DNA from: an uncultured Gammaproteobacteria bacterium
Lineage (GTDB): Bacteria > Pseudomonadota > Gammaproteobacteria > Steroidobacterales > Rariloculaceae
Length of the DNA stretch: 64,000 bases
Assembly: GCA_964276105.1 (NCBI GenBank)
Contig: CAXYEE010000026.1
Location: 247-64,246 of the forward strand
Direction: 5' to 3'
Shown here: piece by piece, positions 41,869-53,151 of the stretch
Position numbering within the stretch: the stretch's first letter is position 1
How the letters are laid out: every line of letters starts with the position of its first letter
The notes under the pieces: generated by a model
What the model saw: only the letters and a program-made list of their open reading frames with translations
What the model was told of the DNA's origin: nothing
Databases searched by the model: none
Position numbers and translations under genes: made by a program

Positions 41869-43122
41869 GTGCCCGAAATTCAGAATTTCACAATGAACTT
41901 TGGTCCGCAGCACCCCGCTGCACATGGTGTGTTACGTCTTGTGTTAGAGATGGATGGTGAAGTTATTCACCGTGCAGATCCGCATATTGGGCTGCTGCAT
42001 AGGGCAACAGAAAAGCTTGCAGAGAGTAAACCTTTCAATCAGTCAATTGGCTATATGGATCGATTGGATTATGTCTCTATGATGTGTAATGAGCATGGTT
42101 ATGTGTTAGCTATTGAGAAGTTGTTAGGTGTCTCACCGCCCATTCGTGCTCAATATATACGGACAATGTTTGATGAAATTACGCGAATTTTGAATCATCT
42201 ATTATGGCTTGGATGTCATGGCCTTGATGTTGGGGCTATGACAATGTTTCTGTATTGCTTTCGCGAACGAGAAGATCTTATGGACTGCTATGAGGCGGTC
42301 TCAGGTACGCGTATGCATGCGACTTATTATCGTCCAGGTGGTGTTTTTAGAGATCTTCCAGAACATATGCCTAAATATCAACGTTCAGCACATAGGTCTG
42401 ATAAAGATTTAGGGCTTATGAATGAGGACCGAAGCGGTTCTCTGCTGGATTTTATAGACGCTTTTACTGAAAGGTTTCCTGGATGTGTTGACGATTATGA
42501 AACTTTGCTTACTGATAATCGTATTTGGAAGCAAAGAACTGTGAATATAGGCGTGGTATCGCCAGAACGCGCAAAACAACTTGGGTTTTCGGGACCTATG
42601 TTGAGAGGTTCTGGGGTAGTTTGGGATTTAAGAAAAACAGAACCTTATGAGGTATATGATCAGATTGATTTTGATATTCCTGTTGGGGTTAATGGAGACT
42701 GTTATGACCGTTATCTTGTACGAATGGAGGAGATGCGGCAGTCAAACAAAATCATCAAGCAATGTCTTACCTGGCTTAGAAAAAATCCTGGCCCAGTTGT
42801 TTTGGATGATCATAAGATAGTTCCCCCGTCGCGTATCGAGATGAAAGATGACATGGAGTCACTGATTCATCACTTTAAGCTTTTTACTGAGGGGTATTGT
42901 GTTCCTGAAGGCGAGGCTTATGCTGCAATTGAACACCCTAAGGGAGAGTTCGCCTGTTATGTTATTTCAGATGGTGCTAATAAACCTTATCGCGTAAAGG
43001 TTAGGGCGCCTGGTTTTGCTCATATAGCTGCAATGAACGAAATGGTTGTAGGTCATATGTTAGCTGATGTGGTTTCTGTTATTGGCACTCAAGATATTGT
43101 ATTTGGGGAGATAGATCGATGA
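41869..43122 (+). CDS. nuoD: NADH-quinone oxidoreductase subunit D
   Basis: 417 aa with [15 protein letters not shown] and DIVFGEIDR. Confidence 0.97.
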   Translation: MPEIQNFTMNFGPQHPAAHGVLRLVLEMDGEVIHRADPHIGLLHRATEKLAESKPFNQSIGYMDRLDYVSMMCNEHGYVLAIEKLLGVSPPIRAQYIRTMFDEITRILNHLLWLGCHGLDVGAMTMFLYCFREREDLMDCYEAVSGTRMHATYYRPGGVFRDLPEHMPKYQRSAHRSDKDLGLMNEDRSGSLLDFIDAFTERFPGCVDDYETLLTDNRIWKQRTVNIGVVSPERAKQLGFSGPMLRGSGVVWDLRKTEPYEVYDQIDFDIPVGVNGDCYDRYLVRMEEMRQSNKIIKQCLTWLRKNPGPVVLDDHKIVPPSRIEMKDDMESLIHHFKLFTEGYCVPEGEAYAAIEHPKGEFACYVISDGANKPYRVKVRAPGFAHIAAMNEMVVGHMLADVVSVIGTQDIVFGEIDR

Positions 43123-43607
43123 GTTCGGTCACATTATCTGATCATCTGCGCGAAGAAATTGACCGATGGGTTTTGAAGTTCCCAGCAGGCCGTCAACGTT
43201 CAGCTGTTATTGGAGCTTTGCAGGCCGCACAGCATGAAAACCAAGGCTATTTGAGTGCTGAGATAATGAATGCAGTCGCAGATCATCTGGGTCTACCGGC
43301 CATTCAAGTCTATGAGGTTGCAACCTTTTACTCGATGTTTGAGACAGAGCCAGTGGGTCGGCATTGTGTCTCTGTCTGTACGAACATTTCTTGTATGTTA
43401 AGAGGATCTGGTGAGATTGTGTCCCATCTTGAAGAGCGTCTTGGGATAAAGCTTGGCGAGAGCACTAAGGACGGCAAGTTTTATTTAAAAAAAGAAGAGG
43501 AGTGTCTTGCTGCATGCTGTGGGGCGCCTATGATGATGGTCGATCATATTTATCATGAAAACCTGACCTCAACAAAAGTTGATGAAATACTCGAGCAATT
43601 GGACTAG
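43119..43607 (+). CDS. nuoE: NADH-quinone oxidoreductase subunit E
   Basis: 162 aa with the 2Fe-2S cysteines CTNISC...CLAACCGAP. Confidence 0.95.
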   Translation: MSSVTLSDHLREEIDRWVLKFPAGRQRSAVIGALQAAQHENQGYLSAEIMNAVADHLGLPAIQVYEVATFYSMFETEPVGRHCVSVCTNISCMLRGSGEIVSHLEERLGIKLGESTKDGKFYLKKEEECLAACCGAPMMMVDHIYHENLTSTKVDEILEQLD

Positions 43608-44917
43608 TGGTGGCCATGACTGAATTTAATCAGGTTTGTTTCGCAACGCTTAAATTTCAAGATGAACCTTGGTCGTTACAAAACTACCTGAAGTTAGGTG
43701 GGTACCAAGCGTGGGAAAAAGTGCTTAATGGCGAGCTAACTGCAGAGGCAATTATTGATGAGGTTAAAGCTTCTGGTCTCAGAGGCCGTGGCGGAGCAGG
43801 GTTTCCGACTGGTTTAAAATGGAGTTTCATGCCAAAGGATTCTGGCATCCAAAAATACCTTGTATGCAACTCTGATGAGAGTGAACCTGGGACATGTCAT
43901 GACCGTGAGATTTTACGTTATAACCCTCATGCTTTAATCGAGGGTATGGCAATTGCCTCCTATGCCATGGGTGCAAGTGTTGCCTATAATTATATTCGTG
44001 GTGAATTTTTAGGAGAACCGGTTCCTCGTTTCGAGACGGCTCTTAAAGAGGCATACGAATCTGGATGGCTTGGTGAGAACATTCAGGGGTCAGGAATCAA
44101 TGTTGATATTTATACCTTTATAGGCGCAGGAGCTTATATTTGTGGAGAGGAAACAGCCTTACTTGAGTCTCTTGAAGGAAAACAGGGTAAGCCACGATTT
44201 AAGCCCCCATTTCCAGCTAACTTTGGTCTTTACGGAGCACCAACAACTATTAATAACACGCAGAGCTTAGCTTCTGTGCCCACTATTCTTCGTAATGGTG
44301 CTAAATGGTTTTTAGATCTTGGGGTTGAAGGTTCAGGTGGAACCGGGATTTTCTCTGTCTCAGGACACGTCGAGAAACCTGGTAACTACGAAGTACCATT
44401 AGGAATTCCTTTTAAAGAATTACTGGAAATAGCTGGTGGGGTCCGTGATGGGAGAAAATTAAAGGCAATTATCCCCGGAGGCTCTTCCGTACCTGTCCTG
44501 CCAGCAGAAATGGTTATGGATCTGACAATGGACTTTGACACGCTCCGTAATGCCAAGTCCGGCCTAGGTACTGGCGCAATGATCGTGATGGATGAAACCA
44601 CTTGTATGGTTAATGTTCTTAGGCGAATCAGCCGGTTCTACTTTGCTGAGTCCTGTGGACAGTGTACTCCATGCCGGGAGGGGACGGGTTGGTTGTATAG
44701 AGTGCTATCGAGGATTTTGGAGGGTAATGGCAGGAAGGAAGATATCGATATGCTTGTTGACGTGGCCAATAAGATTGAGGGGCACACAATTTGTGCATTA
44801 GGAGATGCCGCAGCTTGGCCAGTACAAAGTTTTATTAGACATTTTCGTCATGAATTTGAATTCATGGTGAATAACGGGGGGCGCAGCCTGGTTGATGACT
44901 TGGAATCCGCTGCGTAA
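43607..44917 (+). CDS. nuoF: NADH-quinone oxidoreductase subunit F
   Basis: 436 aa from GTG 43607, with an alternative ATG at 43616. Contains [16 protein letters not shown] (FMN site) and [12 protein letters not shown] (4Fe-4S). Confidence 0.97.
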   Translation: MVAMTEFNQVCFATLKFQDEPWSLQNYLKLGGYQAWEKVLNGELTAEAIIDEVKASGLRGRGGAGFPTGLKWSFMPKDSGIQKYLVCNSDESEPGTCHDREILRYNPHALIEGMAIASYAMGASVAYNYIRGEFLGEPVPRFETALKEAYESGWLGENIQGSGINVDIYTFIGAGAYICGEETALLESLEGKQGKPRFKPPFPANFGLYGAPTTINNTQSLASVPTILRNGAKWFLDLGVEGSGGTGIFSVSGHVEKPGNYEVPLGIPFKELLEIAGGVRDGRKLKAIIPGGSSVPVLPAEMVMDLTMDFDTLRNAKSGLGTGAMIVMDETTCMVNVLRRISRFYFAESCGQCTPCREGTGWLYRVLSRILEGNGRKEDIDMLVDVANKIEGHTICALGDAAAWPVQSFIRHFRHEFEFMVNNGGRSLVDDLESAA

Positions 44918-44933
44918 AAACAGGCTATAACTT

Positions 44934-47128
44934 ATGACAGATAAAATCGTCACTATTGAAGTTAATGGTGTACCAGTCGAGGCTAAAGCAGGTCAGATGT
45001 TGATCGAGGTGACTGATCGACAGGATGTTTATGTCCCACGTTTTTGTTATCACGAAAAACTGTCTATAGCAGCCAATTGTCGTATGTGCCTCGTGGAGGT
45101 TGAGAAGGCCCCTAAGCCTTTGCCAGCTTGTGCTACACCTATTGCCGATGGGATGAAGGTGTTTACACGTTCTGCCCGTGCTATCGCAGCGCAAAAAGCT
45201 ACGATGGAGTTTCTGCTGATCAATCATCCTCTTGATTGCCCTATTTGTGATCAAGGAGGTGAGTGCGAGCTTCAGGATATGGCAATGGGATTTGGAAGTG
45301 ATGTTTCTCGATATGTAGAGAAAAAAAGAACTGTTAAGGATAAAAATCTTGGCCCCCTAGTGTCTACAGATATGACACGATGTATTCATTGCACTCGTTG
45401 TGTTCGGTTTGGACAGGAAATTGCTGGAATCCAAGAGTTAGGTACAACTGGTCGTAGTGAAAATATGGAGATTGGTACCTATATTGAACGCAGTGTCGAT
45501 CATGAGCTTTCTGGCAATATTATTGACCTTTGCCCGGTAGGAGCACTTAATAATAAGCCTTATCGTTACAGCGCTAGGGCTTGGGAGATGATAGCAAAGC
45601 CTCTTATCTCGCCCCATGACTGTTCAGGTTCAAATCTTTTTGGGCATGTCTTAAGGGGGAAGCTTAAGCGTGTGGTGCCCTCGTGAAAACGAATTAATTA
45701 ATGAAACATGGATCGCTGATCGTGACCGATTCAGTTACGAGGGCGTTTATGCCGATGATCGATTGACTGTACCAATGCTTAAGACTGAGAAGGGTTGGTC
45801 AGATGTCCCATGGGAGAAAGCAATTACTCATGCATCTCGGTTTATTCAGGCTAGCATTGGCGATGACGGGAATTCTCTTGGTGCGTTGATATCTCCCACC
45901 GCAACTGTCGAGGAAATGTTTCTTTTTAGTCAAATAGCACGCCATCTTGGTAGTAATAATATTGATCACCGACTTCGTGCTCGAGATTTCCGCGACCAGA
46001 GTGCTGATCCATTATGGCCATCCTTAGGTATGCCAATAACTGAGGTCGAGGAGCTAGATGGGATTTTGGTTGTTGCTTCTAATCTACGTAGAGAGGTGCC
46101 AATGGTTGCACATCGTGTGCGTAAGGCCGCTATCAAGGGTGCATCAGTTGGTTTTATCAATCCAACGTTATATGAATACCACTTTCCTTGTGCAGCCTAT
46201 GTCGAAACCCCCCTCAATGTTTTGGTCAAATCCCTTGCATCAGTTTTAGCAGCTACACTTGAGTTGACTGATCAAGAGGCTCCACAGGGTCTAAGCTCTA
46301 TATTAGATGGTGTTGAAGTCACAGACTCTGAAAGGAAGGCCGCTCGAATTTTAATTGATCAAGATAGGACATTGTTGATCCTCGGGCAGATGGCCTTGAG
46401 ACATCCTTGCTTTGCCGATATTCGTGCTATTGCAGCAGGCCTTTGTCAAATCACTAATGCTACCCTTGGGTATTTGCCAGAAGGTGCAAATTCACCTGGA
46501 GCAGCTTTGGTTGGCGCACTTCCTCATCGTGAACTAGGAGGTCGAGCTATTGAATCGGTTGGTCTAGATGCCCAAGGAATGCTTGCTAACCCTAGGCGTA
46601 GCTATATTCTTTTTGGATTAGAGCCTGAACATGACTTAGCCGACGCAAAAACTTGCCCAGGAGGCGTTCCAGAATGCTGACACGGTTGTATGTTTTACGC
46701 CGTATGTGACGGATACACTTCTTAGTTGTGCGGATGTTCTTTTGCCAATTTCCACATTTGCTGAGACAGCGGGAACGTTTGTTAATGTCGAAGGCATATG
46801 GCAAAGCTTTGAGGCCGCTGCAAAGCCTTTCGGAGATTCTAGAGAAGGCTGGCGGGTCTTACGCGTTTTAGGTAACAACCTGAACCTTTCAGAATGTGAT
46901 TATCGCAGCGCAGCTGAGGTTCTTGAGACTCTTATGGACGAGGTTGGTGATCCAATAATTGATACTCAATACAAGGGAGAGTTTAAACCTGAAATCAAAC
47001 CTACAGAGGTTGATTTATCTGAGCTTGATGTGCCGATGTATTCTATTGATGCTGTAGTGAGACGAGGTGAAGCGTTGCAGAAGACAGCTAAAGAGCAAAG
47101 CGTCAATAAGGTTGGTAGAGAATCTTAA
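44934..47128 (+). pseudogene. nuoG: NADH-quinone oxidoreductase subunit G, split into three ORFs by two single-base frameshifts (probably sequence errors)
   Basis: ORF 44934-45686 holds the 2Fe-2S and 4Fe-4S N-terminus (CYHEKLSIAANCRMC, HPLDCPICDQGGEC, CIHCTRCVRF). ORFs 45670-46680 and 46706-47128 continue the same protein in the +1 and +2 frames. Removing one C from CCC (45678-45680) restores ...KRVVPRENELINETWIADRDRFSYEG. Removing one A from AAAAA (46647-46651) restores ...DLADAKLAQEAFQNADTVVCFTPYVTDTLLSCADVLLP. The repaired length is about 730 aa. Confidence 0.9.
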
Positions 47129-47134
47129 GTCGAT

Positions 47135-48211
47135 ATGACTAATCTTTTTTATCAATTAGATCAGTTGCTAGGATTTTTCGGCCTTCCGGAGCCAGTTCAG
47201 TTCAGTGTATTAACGGTGATTAAAGCAATGATCGTTTTGATTCCGCTGATGTTAACCGTTGCATATTTTACTTATGCAGAAAGAAAATTAATTGGCTTTA
47301 TTCAAAACCGACTAGGTCCTAATAGAACTGGGTGGTATGGGTTACTCCAACCTTTTGCAGACCTTATAAAAATGATGTTAAAGGAAGTTGTTTTACCTCG
47401 TAATGCTAATAAATTTCTTTTCTTGCTTGCTCCAGTTCTTTCTTTAACTACAGCTTTTGCGGCATGGGCGGTAATACCGTTCAGCGAAGATTTTGTTATT
47501 GCCGATATTGATGCTGGATTGCTTTATGTTTTAGCGGTCACGTCACTAGGTGTCTATGGAGTGGTTTTAGCGGGATGGGCTTCTAATTCAAAGTACGCTT
47601 TTCTAGGTGCTATGCGCTGCGCTGCACAGATAGTGGCTTATGAGATTGCTATGGGCTTTGCGCTAGTGGGTGTTTTGATGGCTAGTGGAAGTTTAAATCT
47701 TGGCGATATTGTTATGGCGCAATCAGGAACTAGCTTTTTAAGCTGGTTTATGTGGCCACTTTTCCCCTTGTTCTTGGTCTATTTTATCTCTGGTGTTGCT
47801 GAGACAAATCGAGCTCCGTTTGATGTGGCTGAAGGTGAATCAGAGATAGTGGCTGGATTTCATGTTGAGTATTCAGGGATAGCCTTTGGCCTGTTTTTTC
47901 TAGGCGAATACGCCAATATGATATTGATATCTGCTCTTACAGTTATATTTTTTTGTGGTGGTTGGCTTTCACCTTTTGCTGGGGTGCCTTTTTTGGAAGA
48001 TAGTCTCCTATCGGCGCCTCATTTTGGTTGGCTAGCTCTAAAGATGTCTTTTTTCATGTTTTGTTTTCTTTGGTTTAGAGCTACTTTTCCTCGTTATCGC
48101 TATGACCAGATTATGCGGCTTGGGTGGAAGGTTTTTATACCAATAACTATTATTTGGATTGGTGTTGAAGGCGTAATGTTTGTCAGTGGAGTCGGTCCGT
48201 GGTCGGATTAA
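47135..48211 (+). CDS. nuoH: NADH-quinone oxidoreductase subunit H
   Basis: 358 aa with [18 protein letters not shown] and [16 protein letters not shown]. Confidence 0.97.
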   Translation: MTNLFYQLDQLLGFFGLPEPVQFSVLTVIKAMIVLIPLMLTVAYFTYAERKLIGFIQNRLGPNRTGWYGLLQPFADLIKMMLKEVVLPRNANKFLFLLAPVLSLTTAFAAWAVIPFSEDFVIADIDAGLLYVLAVTSLGVYGVVLAGWASNSKYAFLGAMRCAAQIVAYEIAMGFALVGVLMASGSLNLGDIVMAQSGTSFLSWFMWPLFPLFLVYFISGVAETNRAPFDVAEGESEIVAGFHVEYSGIAFGLFFLGEYANMILISALTVIFFCGGWLSPFAGVPFLEDSLLSAPHFGWLALKMSFFMFCFLWFRATFPRYRYDQIMRLGWKVFIPITIIWIGVEGVMFVSGVGPWSD

Positions 48212-48225
48212 TTTAGGGTTTGATA

Positions 48226-48705
48226 ATGAAGAATTTTTTCAAAACATTTTTAATGACCGAACTTGTTAAAGGTTTAGGTCTTACTTTTAAGAATCTTTTT
48301 TCTAGAAAGATCACGATTAGATATCCTGAGGAAAAGGCACCACAATCGCCACGATTTCGTGGTCTTCATGCTCTTAGGCGTTATCCAAGCGGAGAAGAGC
48401 GCTGTATCGCTTGTAAGTTATGTGAGGCCGTTTGCCCAGCTCTGGCAATAACCATTGAATCTGATGTAAACAAGGATGGTACGCGAAGGACTACACGTTA
48501 TGACATTGACTTGTTTAAGTGTATTTATTGTGGTTTTTGTGAAGAGGCGTGTCCGGTTGATGCGATTGTCGAAACTCGAATACATGAGTATCACATGGAA
48601 ACTCGGGGAGAGAACATAATGAGCAAGGATAAGCTTTTGGCAATTGGTGATAGATACGAGCACATGATTGCTGCGGATAAAGCATCAGATGCCCCTTATA
48701 GGTAA
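48226..48705 (+). CDS. nuoI: NADH-quinone oxidoreductase subunit I
   Basis: Two 4Fe-4S ferredoxin motifs: [12 protein letters not shown] and [12 protein letters not shown]. The track ORF starts at TTG 48220. Confidence 0.96.
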   Translation: MKNFFKTFLMTELVKGLGLTFKNLFSRKITIRYPEEKAPQSPRFRGLHALRRYPSGEERCIACKLCEAVCPALAITIESDVNKDGTRRTTRYDIDLFKCIYCGFCEEACPVDAIVETRIHEYHMETRGENIMSKDKLLAIGDRYEHMIAADKASDAPYR

Positions 48706-48741
48706 AAGGTACACCAGGTTTTTAAAAAAGCAGTTTAAACA

Positions 48742-49344
48742 TTGATTACTTCACTCTTATTTTATACTTTCTCTTTCATCCTTGTGATTTCTGCTCTGGG
48801 AGTCATTGCAAGTCGTAATTTGGTGTATTCGGCTTTATTTTTGGTTTTGGCATTCGTTCAAAGTGCGATGCTTTGGTTGTTAATTGAGGCCGAATTTTTG
48901 GCTGTTGTTCTCGTGCTGGTGTATGTAGGAGCAGTGATGGTTCTGTTCTTATTCGTGGTAATGATGCTTGATGTTAAGTCTGAATCACTCAAAGATAATT
49001 TTAATCGTTACCTTCCTATAGGTCTCTTGCTGTCATCGGTTATTGTTATTGAAATTGTTCATGTCGTCTGGTTCCGTAGCCAAGATGTAATTTCAGTTTT
49101 ATTGCCACAGCCTAATCCAGAATCTTATAGCAACACTCAGGCTCTAGGTGGTTTGCTTTATACCGAGCATGTTTACGCATTTGAGTTAGCCGGAGTTATT
49201 TTGTTACTTGCTATTGTTGCTGCAATTTCACTGACAATGCGTCGTAGACCCGGGTTGAAGGTGCAGGATGTGTCCGCACAGGTGAAAGTTAAAAGAGAAG
49301 ACAGGGTTCGTTTGGTTAAGGTTTCCTCTAGCAAGGATTCTTAA
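48742..49344 (+). CDS. nuoJ: NADH-quinone oxidoreductase subunit J
   Basis: 200 aa and hydrophobic, with VLVYVGAVMVLFLFVVMM. It is in the expected operon position. Confidence 0.92.
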   Translation: MITSLLFYTFSFILVISALGVIASRNLVYSALFLVLAFVQSAMLWLLIEAEFLAVVLVLVYVGAVMVLFLFVVMMLDVKSESLKDNFNRYLPIGLLLSSVIVIEIVHVVWFRSQDVISVLLPQPNPESYSNTQALGGLLYTEHVYAFELAGVILLLAIVAAISLTMRRRPGLKVQDVSAQVKVKREDRVRLVKVSSSKDS

Positions 49345-49360
49345 GGTAGATGTATAAATA

Positions 49361-49666
49361 ATGATTACTATTTCTCATTATCTGGTCTTGGCTGCTGTTC
49401 TTTTTAGTCTTGCCATTGTAGGAATTTTTATAAATAGAAAAAACGTCATTTTATTGCTGATGTGTATTGAACTAATGCTACTGGCAGTTAATTTTAATTT
49501 CATAGCTTTTTCTCGAATGCTAGGAGATGAGCTTGGCCAGATATTTGTTTTTTTTATTCTGACTGTGGCCGCTTCAGAGGCCGCTATTGGTTTGGCTATC
49601 CTTGTGGTTTTATTTCGAACTAGACAGAGCGTTAATGTTGATGAGCTTGGAACATTAAAAGGCTGA
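49361..49666 (+). CDS. nuoK: NADH-quinone oxidoreductase subunit K
   Basis: 101 aa with three TM segments. Contains [16 protein letters not shown] and [13 protein letters not shown]. Confidence 0.95.
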   Translation: MITISHYLVLAAVLFSLAIVGIFINRKNVILLLMCIELMLLAVNFNFIAFSRMLGDELGQIFVFFILTVAASEAAIGLAILVVLFRTRQSVNVDELGTLKG

Positions 49667-49667
49667 G

Positions 49668-51623
49668 ATGGAAGCAATCTACCTTACAGTTGTTCTTGCA
49701 CCTCTTGTTGCTGCCGTATTTTCAGGCTTATTTGGTAAACAGATTGGACGCTCTGGGGCACATTCCATAACCATAGCCGGAGTTTCTATTTCGTTTCTTT
49801 TATCGCTATATGCGTTAAAAGTGATAGCCATTGATGGAGCCCCAATATTCAATGAGACAATCTATCGTTGGGGTTCGATAGGCGGTTTGACTATGGAAGT
49901 TGGATTCCTTGTCGATCATCTAACAGTCTTAATGATGACTGTGGTTACCTTTGTCTCCCTTGCCGTGCATATTTATACAATAGGCTATATGCATGACGAC
50001 GAAGGCTATCAGAGGTTTTTTAGTTATATCTCTTTGTTCACATTTGCAATGCTCATGTTGGTTATGTCTAACAATTTTCTGCAGCTTTTTTTCGGATGGG
50101 AAGCTGTTGGAGTAATTTCATATCTTTTGATTGGTTTTTGGTTTAAAAAAGAAACGGCAATTCTGGCTAATATGAAGGCCTTCCTTGTAAACCGTGTGGG
50201 TGATTTTGGTTTTCTGCTTGGTATAGCCGCCTTGTTAATGTATGCCGGATCCTTAGATTACTACCAGGTTTTTAGTGTTGCAGAGCAGTTGAGTGGACAG
50301 TCCATAGAACTTTTTTCTGGTATGCAGTGGTCAGTTCTAAGCGTTGCATGCATCTGTTTGTTTGTTGGTGCGATGGGAAAATCTGCTCAGGTTCCTTTAC
50401 ATGTGTGGTTGCCAGATTCAATGGAAGGGCCAACTCCAATATCTGCTCTTATTCATGCCGCAACAATGGTGACAGCTGGTATTTTTATGGTGGCTCGTAT
50501 GTCGCCGTTATTTGAATACTCGCAGACTGCTCTAAGTGTGGTTTTAATAATTGGAGCAACTACTGCATTTTTTACTGGACTGTTGGGTGTTGTGCAGCAA
50601 GATATAAAGCGGGTTGTAGCATACTCAACTCTATCTCAGTTGGGTTATATGACAGTGGCACTTGGAGCTTCTGCTTATGCAGCAGGAATTTTCCATTTGA
50701 TGACACATGCATTTTTTAAAGCATTACTTTTTCTTGCGGCTGGTTCTGTGATTATCGCCTTACACCACGAGCAAGATATACGAAAAATGGGTGGGCTACG
50801 AAAATATATGCCTATCACTTACTGGACCTCGTTAGTTGGTACCCTCGCGCTCGTTGGATTTCCTGGATTTTCAGGCTTCTTTTCAAAGGATGCTTTAATT
50901 GAGGCTGTGCACCTGTCAACAATTCCTGGGTCGAGCTATGCATATTGGTGTGTACTTTTAAGTGTCTTCGTCACTGCTTTGTATAGTTTTCGTGTGTTTT
51001 TCCTTGTGTTCCATGGGAAGGAACGTATGGACCCTGAAGTGAAAAAGCATGTGAAGGAGTCCCCAGCAGTTGTGACATTACCTCTCATTTTGCTAGCCAT
51101 TCCTTCTATTTTTATAGGTTGGCTAACCATTGAGCCTGTGCTTTTTGGAAGTTTTTTTAATCAATCAATTTTTGTGTTACAGACTCCTGGAGTGGTTGAG
51201 CAATTGGGGGAAGATTTCCATGGGCCTTTGAGCTTTATAATGCATGCCGCTACAGCATCAGTTGCTATCTATCTGGCAGCTGCTGGTGCTTTACTTGCGT
51301 GGTTTCTTTATTTGAGAAGACCGGATTTGCCTCAGCGCTTTCAGGAAAAATTTAAAATTATTCATCAGGTGCTAGAGAATAAATATTATTTTGACTCATT
51401 CAATGAGAATTTTATAGCAAGGGGTGCACGGATAACCGCAAATTCATTTTGGCGAGTAGGAGATGAGTTTTTTATAGATGGATTGCTAGTAAATGGCACT
51501 GCACGTGTTGTTCAATTCTTATCTAGTGTTATGCGGTCAATCCAGTCTGGATATCTTTATCATTATGCGTTTGCCATGGTTGTTGGTTTGGCAATCATCA
51601 TTGGTCTGTTAATCGTAGGTTGA
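49668..51623 (+). CDS. nuoL: NADH-quinone oxidoreductase subunit L
   Basis: 651 aa, an antiporter-like subunit, with WEAVGVISYLLIGFW and GKSAQVPLHVWLPDSMEGPTPISALIHAATMV. Confidence 0.97.
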   Translation: MEAIYLTVVLAPLVAAVFSGLFGKQIGRSGAHSITIAGVSISFLLSLYALKVIAIDGAPIFNETIYRWGSIGGLTMEVGFLVDHLTVLMMTVVTFVSLAVHIYTIGYMHDDEGYQRFFSYISLFTFAMLMLVMSNNFLQLFFGWEAVGVISYLLIGFWFKKETAILANMKAFLVNRVGDFGFLLGIAALLMYAGSLDYYQVFSVAEQLSGQSIELFSGMQWSVLSVACICLFVGAMGKSAQVPLHVWLPDSMEGPTPISALIHAATMVTAGIFMVARMSPLFEYSQTALSVVLIIGATTAFFTGLLGVVQQDIKRVVAYSTLSQLGYMTVALGASAYAAGIFHLMTHAFFKALLFLAAGSVIIALHHEQDIRKMGGLRKYMPITYWTSLVGTLALVGFPGFSGFFSKDALIEAVHLSTIPGSSYAYWCVLLSVFVTALYSFRVFFLVFHGKERMDPEVKKHVKESPAVVTLPLILLAIPSIFIGWLTIEPVLFGSFFNQSIFVLQTPGVVEQLGEDFHGPLSFIMHAATASVAIYLAAAGALLAWFLYLRRPDLPQRFQEKFKIIHQVLENKYYFDSFNENFIARGARITANSFWRVGDEFFIDGLLVNGTARVVQFLSSVMRSIQSGYLYHYAFAMVVGLAIIIGLLIVG

Positions 51624-51630
51624 TAATTTT

Positions 51631-53148
51631 GTGACTAGTTTTCCTCTTCTTAGTATTCTTATTTGGCTACCTATTGCTGCTGGAATATTCGTATATGCCC
51701 TAGGTACAACAGAGCATGCCACTCGTTGGGGAAAGGTTATAGCCTTATCGGCATCTGTTGCTACGTTTTTGTTAAGTGTGCCGCTTTATATCAATTTTGA
51801 TGCAAGCATATCGAGCATGCAGTTTATTGAACGCTTGCCTCGGATAGAACGCTTTGGTGCTTATTATCACTTAGGGGTAGATGGCATCTCAGTGCCTCTA
51901 ATTATTTTAACTACGTTTTTAACTCCCTTTATCATCATAGCTGGATGGGAAGTTGTTAAGCTTAGGCCAGCACAGTATTTTTCAGCTTTTCTGTTGTTAG
52001 AAGGTCTAATGATTGGCGTTTTTTCGTCATTAGACGCCCTCCTTTTTTATGTTTTTTGGGAATCCATGCTGATTCCAATGTTTATAATCATTGGGGTTTG
52101 GGGGGGAGCAAGGCGCGTCTACGCGACAGTTAAATTTTTCCTCTATACCTTCCTTGGCTCAGTATTTATGCTGATCGCTTTGATCTATATGTACCTGCAA
52201 GTAGGCGGGTACTCGATTCTCGATTTCCATCAACATCCGCTTAACTTAGCAGAGCAGATCCCTATTTTTCTAGCATTTTTTCTGGCTTTTGCAGTGAAGG
52301 TGCCTATGTGGCCTGTTCATACCTGGTTGCCAGATGCTCATGTTGAAGCTCCAACTGGTGGGTCGGTTATTCTTGCAGCAGTTCTTCTCAAGATGGGCGG
52401 TTATGGGTTTATTCGGTTTAGTCTGCCAATCGCCCCTGACGCAAGCCAAGCCCTAGCGGGCATGATGGTAACACTGTCATTGATAGCAATAATCTATATT
52501 GCTTTTGTGGCCTTAGCTCAAAAAGACATGAAAAAACTTATAGCCTACTCCTCTATCGCACATATGGGATTTGTGACATTAGGCTTTTTCGTCATATTTT
52601 TTATTGCAGTGAATTCTTCCGGTATAGAAGGGGCTACCCTTGCATTACAAGGCGGAATGATTCAGATGATTTCGCATGGGCTCATTTCGGGAGCTTTGTT
52701 TCTTTGTGTTGGTGTTATGTATGATCGTTTGCATAGCCGTGATATTGACGCATACGGAGGAGTGGCTAATACAATGCCTAAATTTGCGGCATTGATGGTC
52801 TTTTTTGCATTAGCAAATGCAGGCCTACCTGGAACATCTGGTTTTGTTGGAGAGTTTCTCGTGATAATGGGAAGTTTTCAGGCTAGTTTCTGGCTTGCAT
52901 TTCTTGCCGCAACAACTTTGATTATGGGCGCAGCTTATACATTATGGTTGATTAAAAGAGTGATATTCGGAGAAGTTGGTAACGAAGGTGTGGCTTCTCT
53001 TAAGGATATTGATAGGCGAGAATTCTTTATGTTGGGTGTGCTGGCTTTTTCTGTCCTTCTATTGGGTGTTTGGCCTGCACCGTTAATGGAGTTAATGGAG
53101 CCGACATTAGGAGCATTACTTGAGCACATTTCTCAATCAAAATTATAA
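51631..53148 (+). CDS. nuoM: NADH-quinone oxidoreductase subunit M
   Basis: 505 aa with KVPMWPVHTWLPDAHVEAPTGGSVILAAVLLK. Confidence 0.97.
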   Translation: MTSFPLLSILIWLPIAAGIFVYALGTTEHATRWGKVIALSASVATFLLSVPLYINFDASISSMQFIERLPRIERFGAYYHLGVDGISVPLIILTTFLTPFIIIAGWEVVKLRPAQYFSAFLLLEGLMIGVFSSLDALLFYVFWESMLIPMFIIIGVWGGARRVYATVKFFLYTFLGSVFMLIALIYMYLQVGGYSILDFHQHPLNLAEQIPIFLAFFLAFAVKVPMWPVHTWLPDAHVEAPTGGSVILAAVLLKMGGYGFIRFSLPIAPDASQALAGMMVTLSLIAIIYIAFVALAQKDMKKLIAYSSIAHMGFVTLGFFVIFFIAVNSSGIEGATLALQGGMIQMISHGLISGALFLCVGVMYDRLHSRDIDAYGGVANTMPKFAALMVFFALANAGLPGTSGFVGEFLVIMGSFQASFWLAFLAATTLIMGAAYTLWLIKRVIFGEVGNEGVASLKDIDRREFFMLGVLAFSVLLLGVWPAPLMELMEPTLGALLEHISQSKL

Positions 53149-53151
53149 GTC

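Noticed and set aside
44934-47128. Programmed ribosomal frameshifting in nuoG
   Set aside because: There is no slippery heptamer with a downstream structure at either site. Both shifts, and the unrelated shift in the amidohydrolase, are single extra bases in short homopolymers. That pattern fits sequencing error or simple mutation better.
49378-49677. 99-aa ORF exactly antisense to nuoK
   Set aside because: Its length matches by coincidence, because the frame opposite a hydrophobic AT-rich gene happens to be stop-poor. It has no RBS or recognisable motif, and nuoK is conserved in sequence and operon position.
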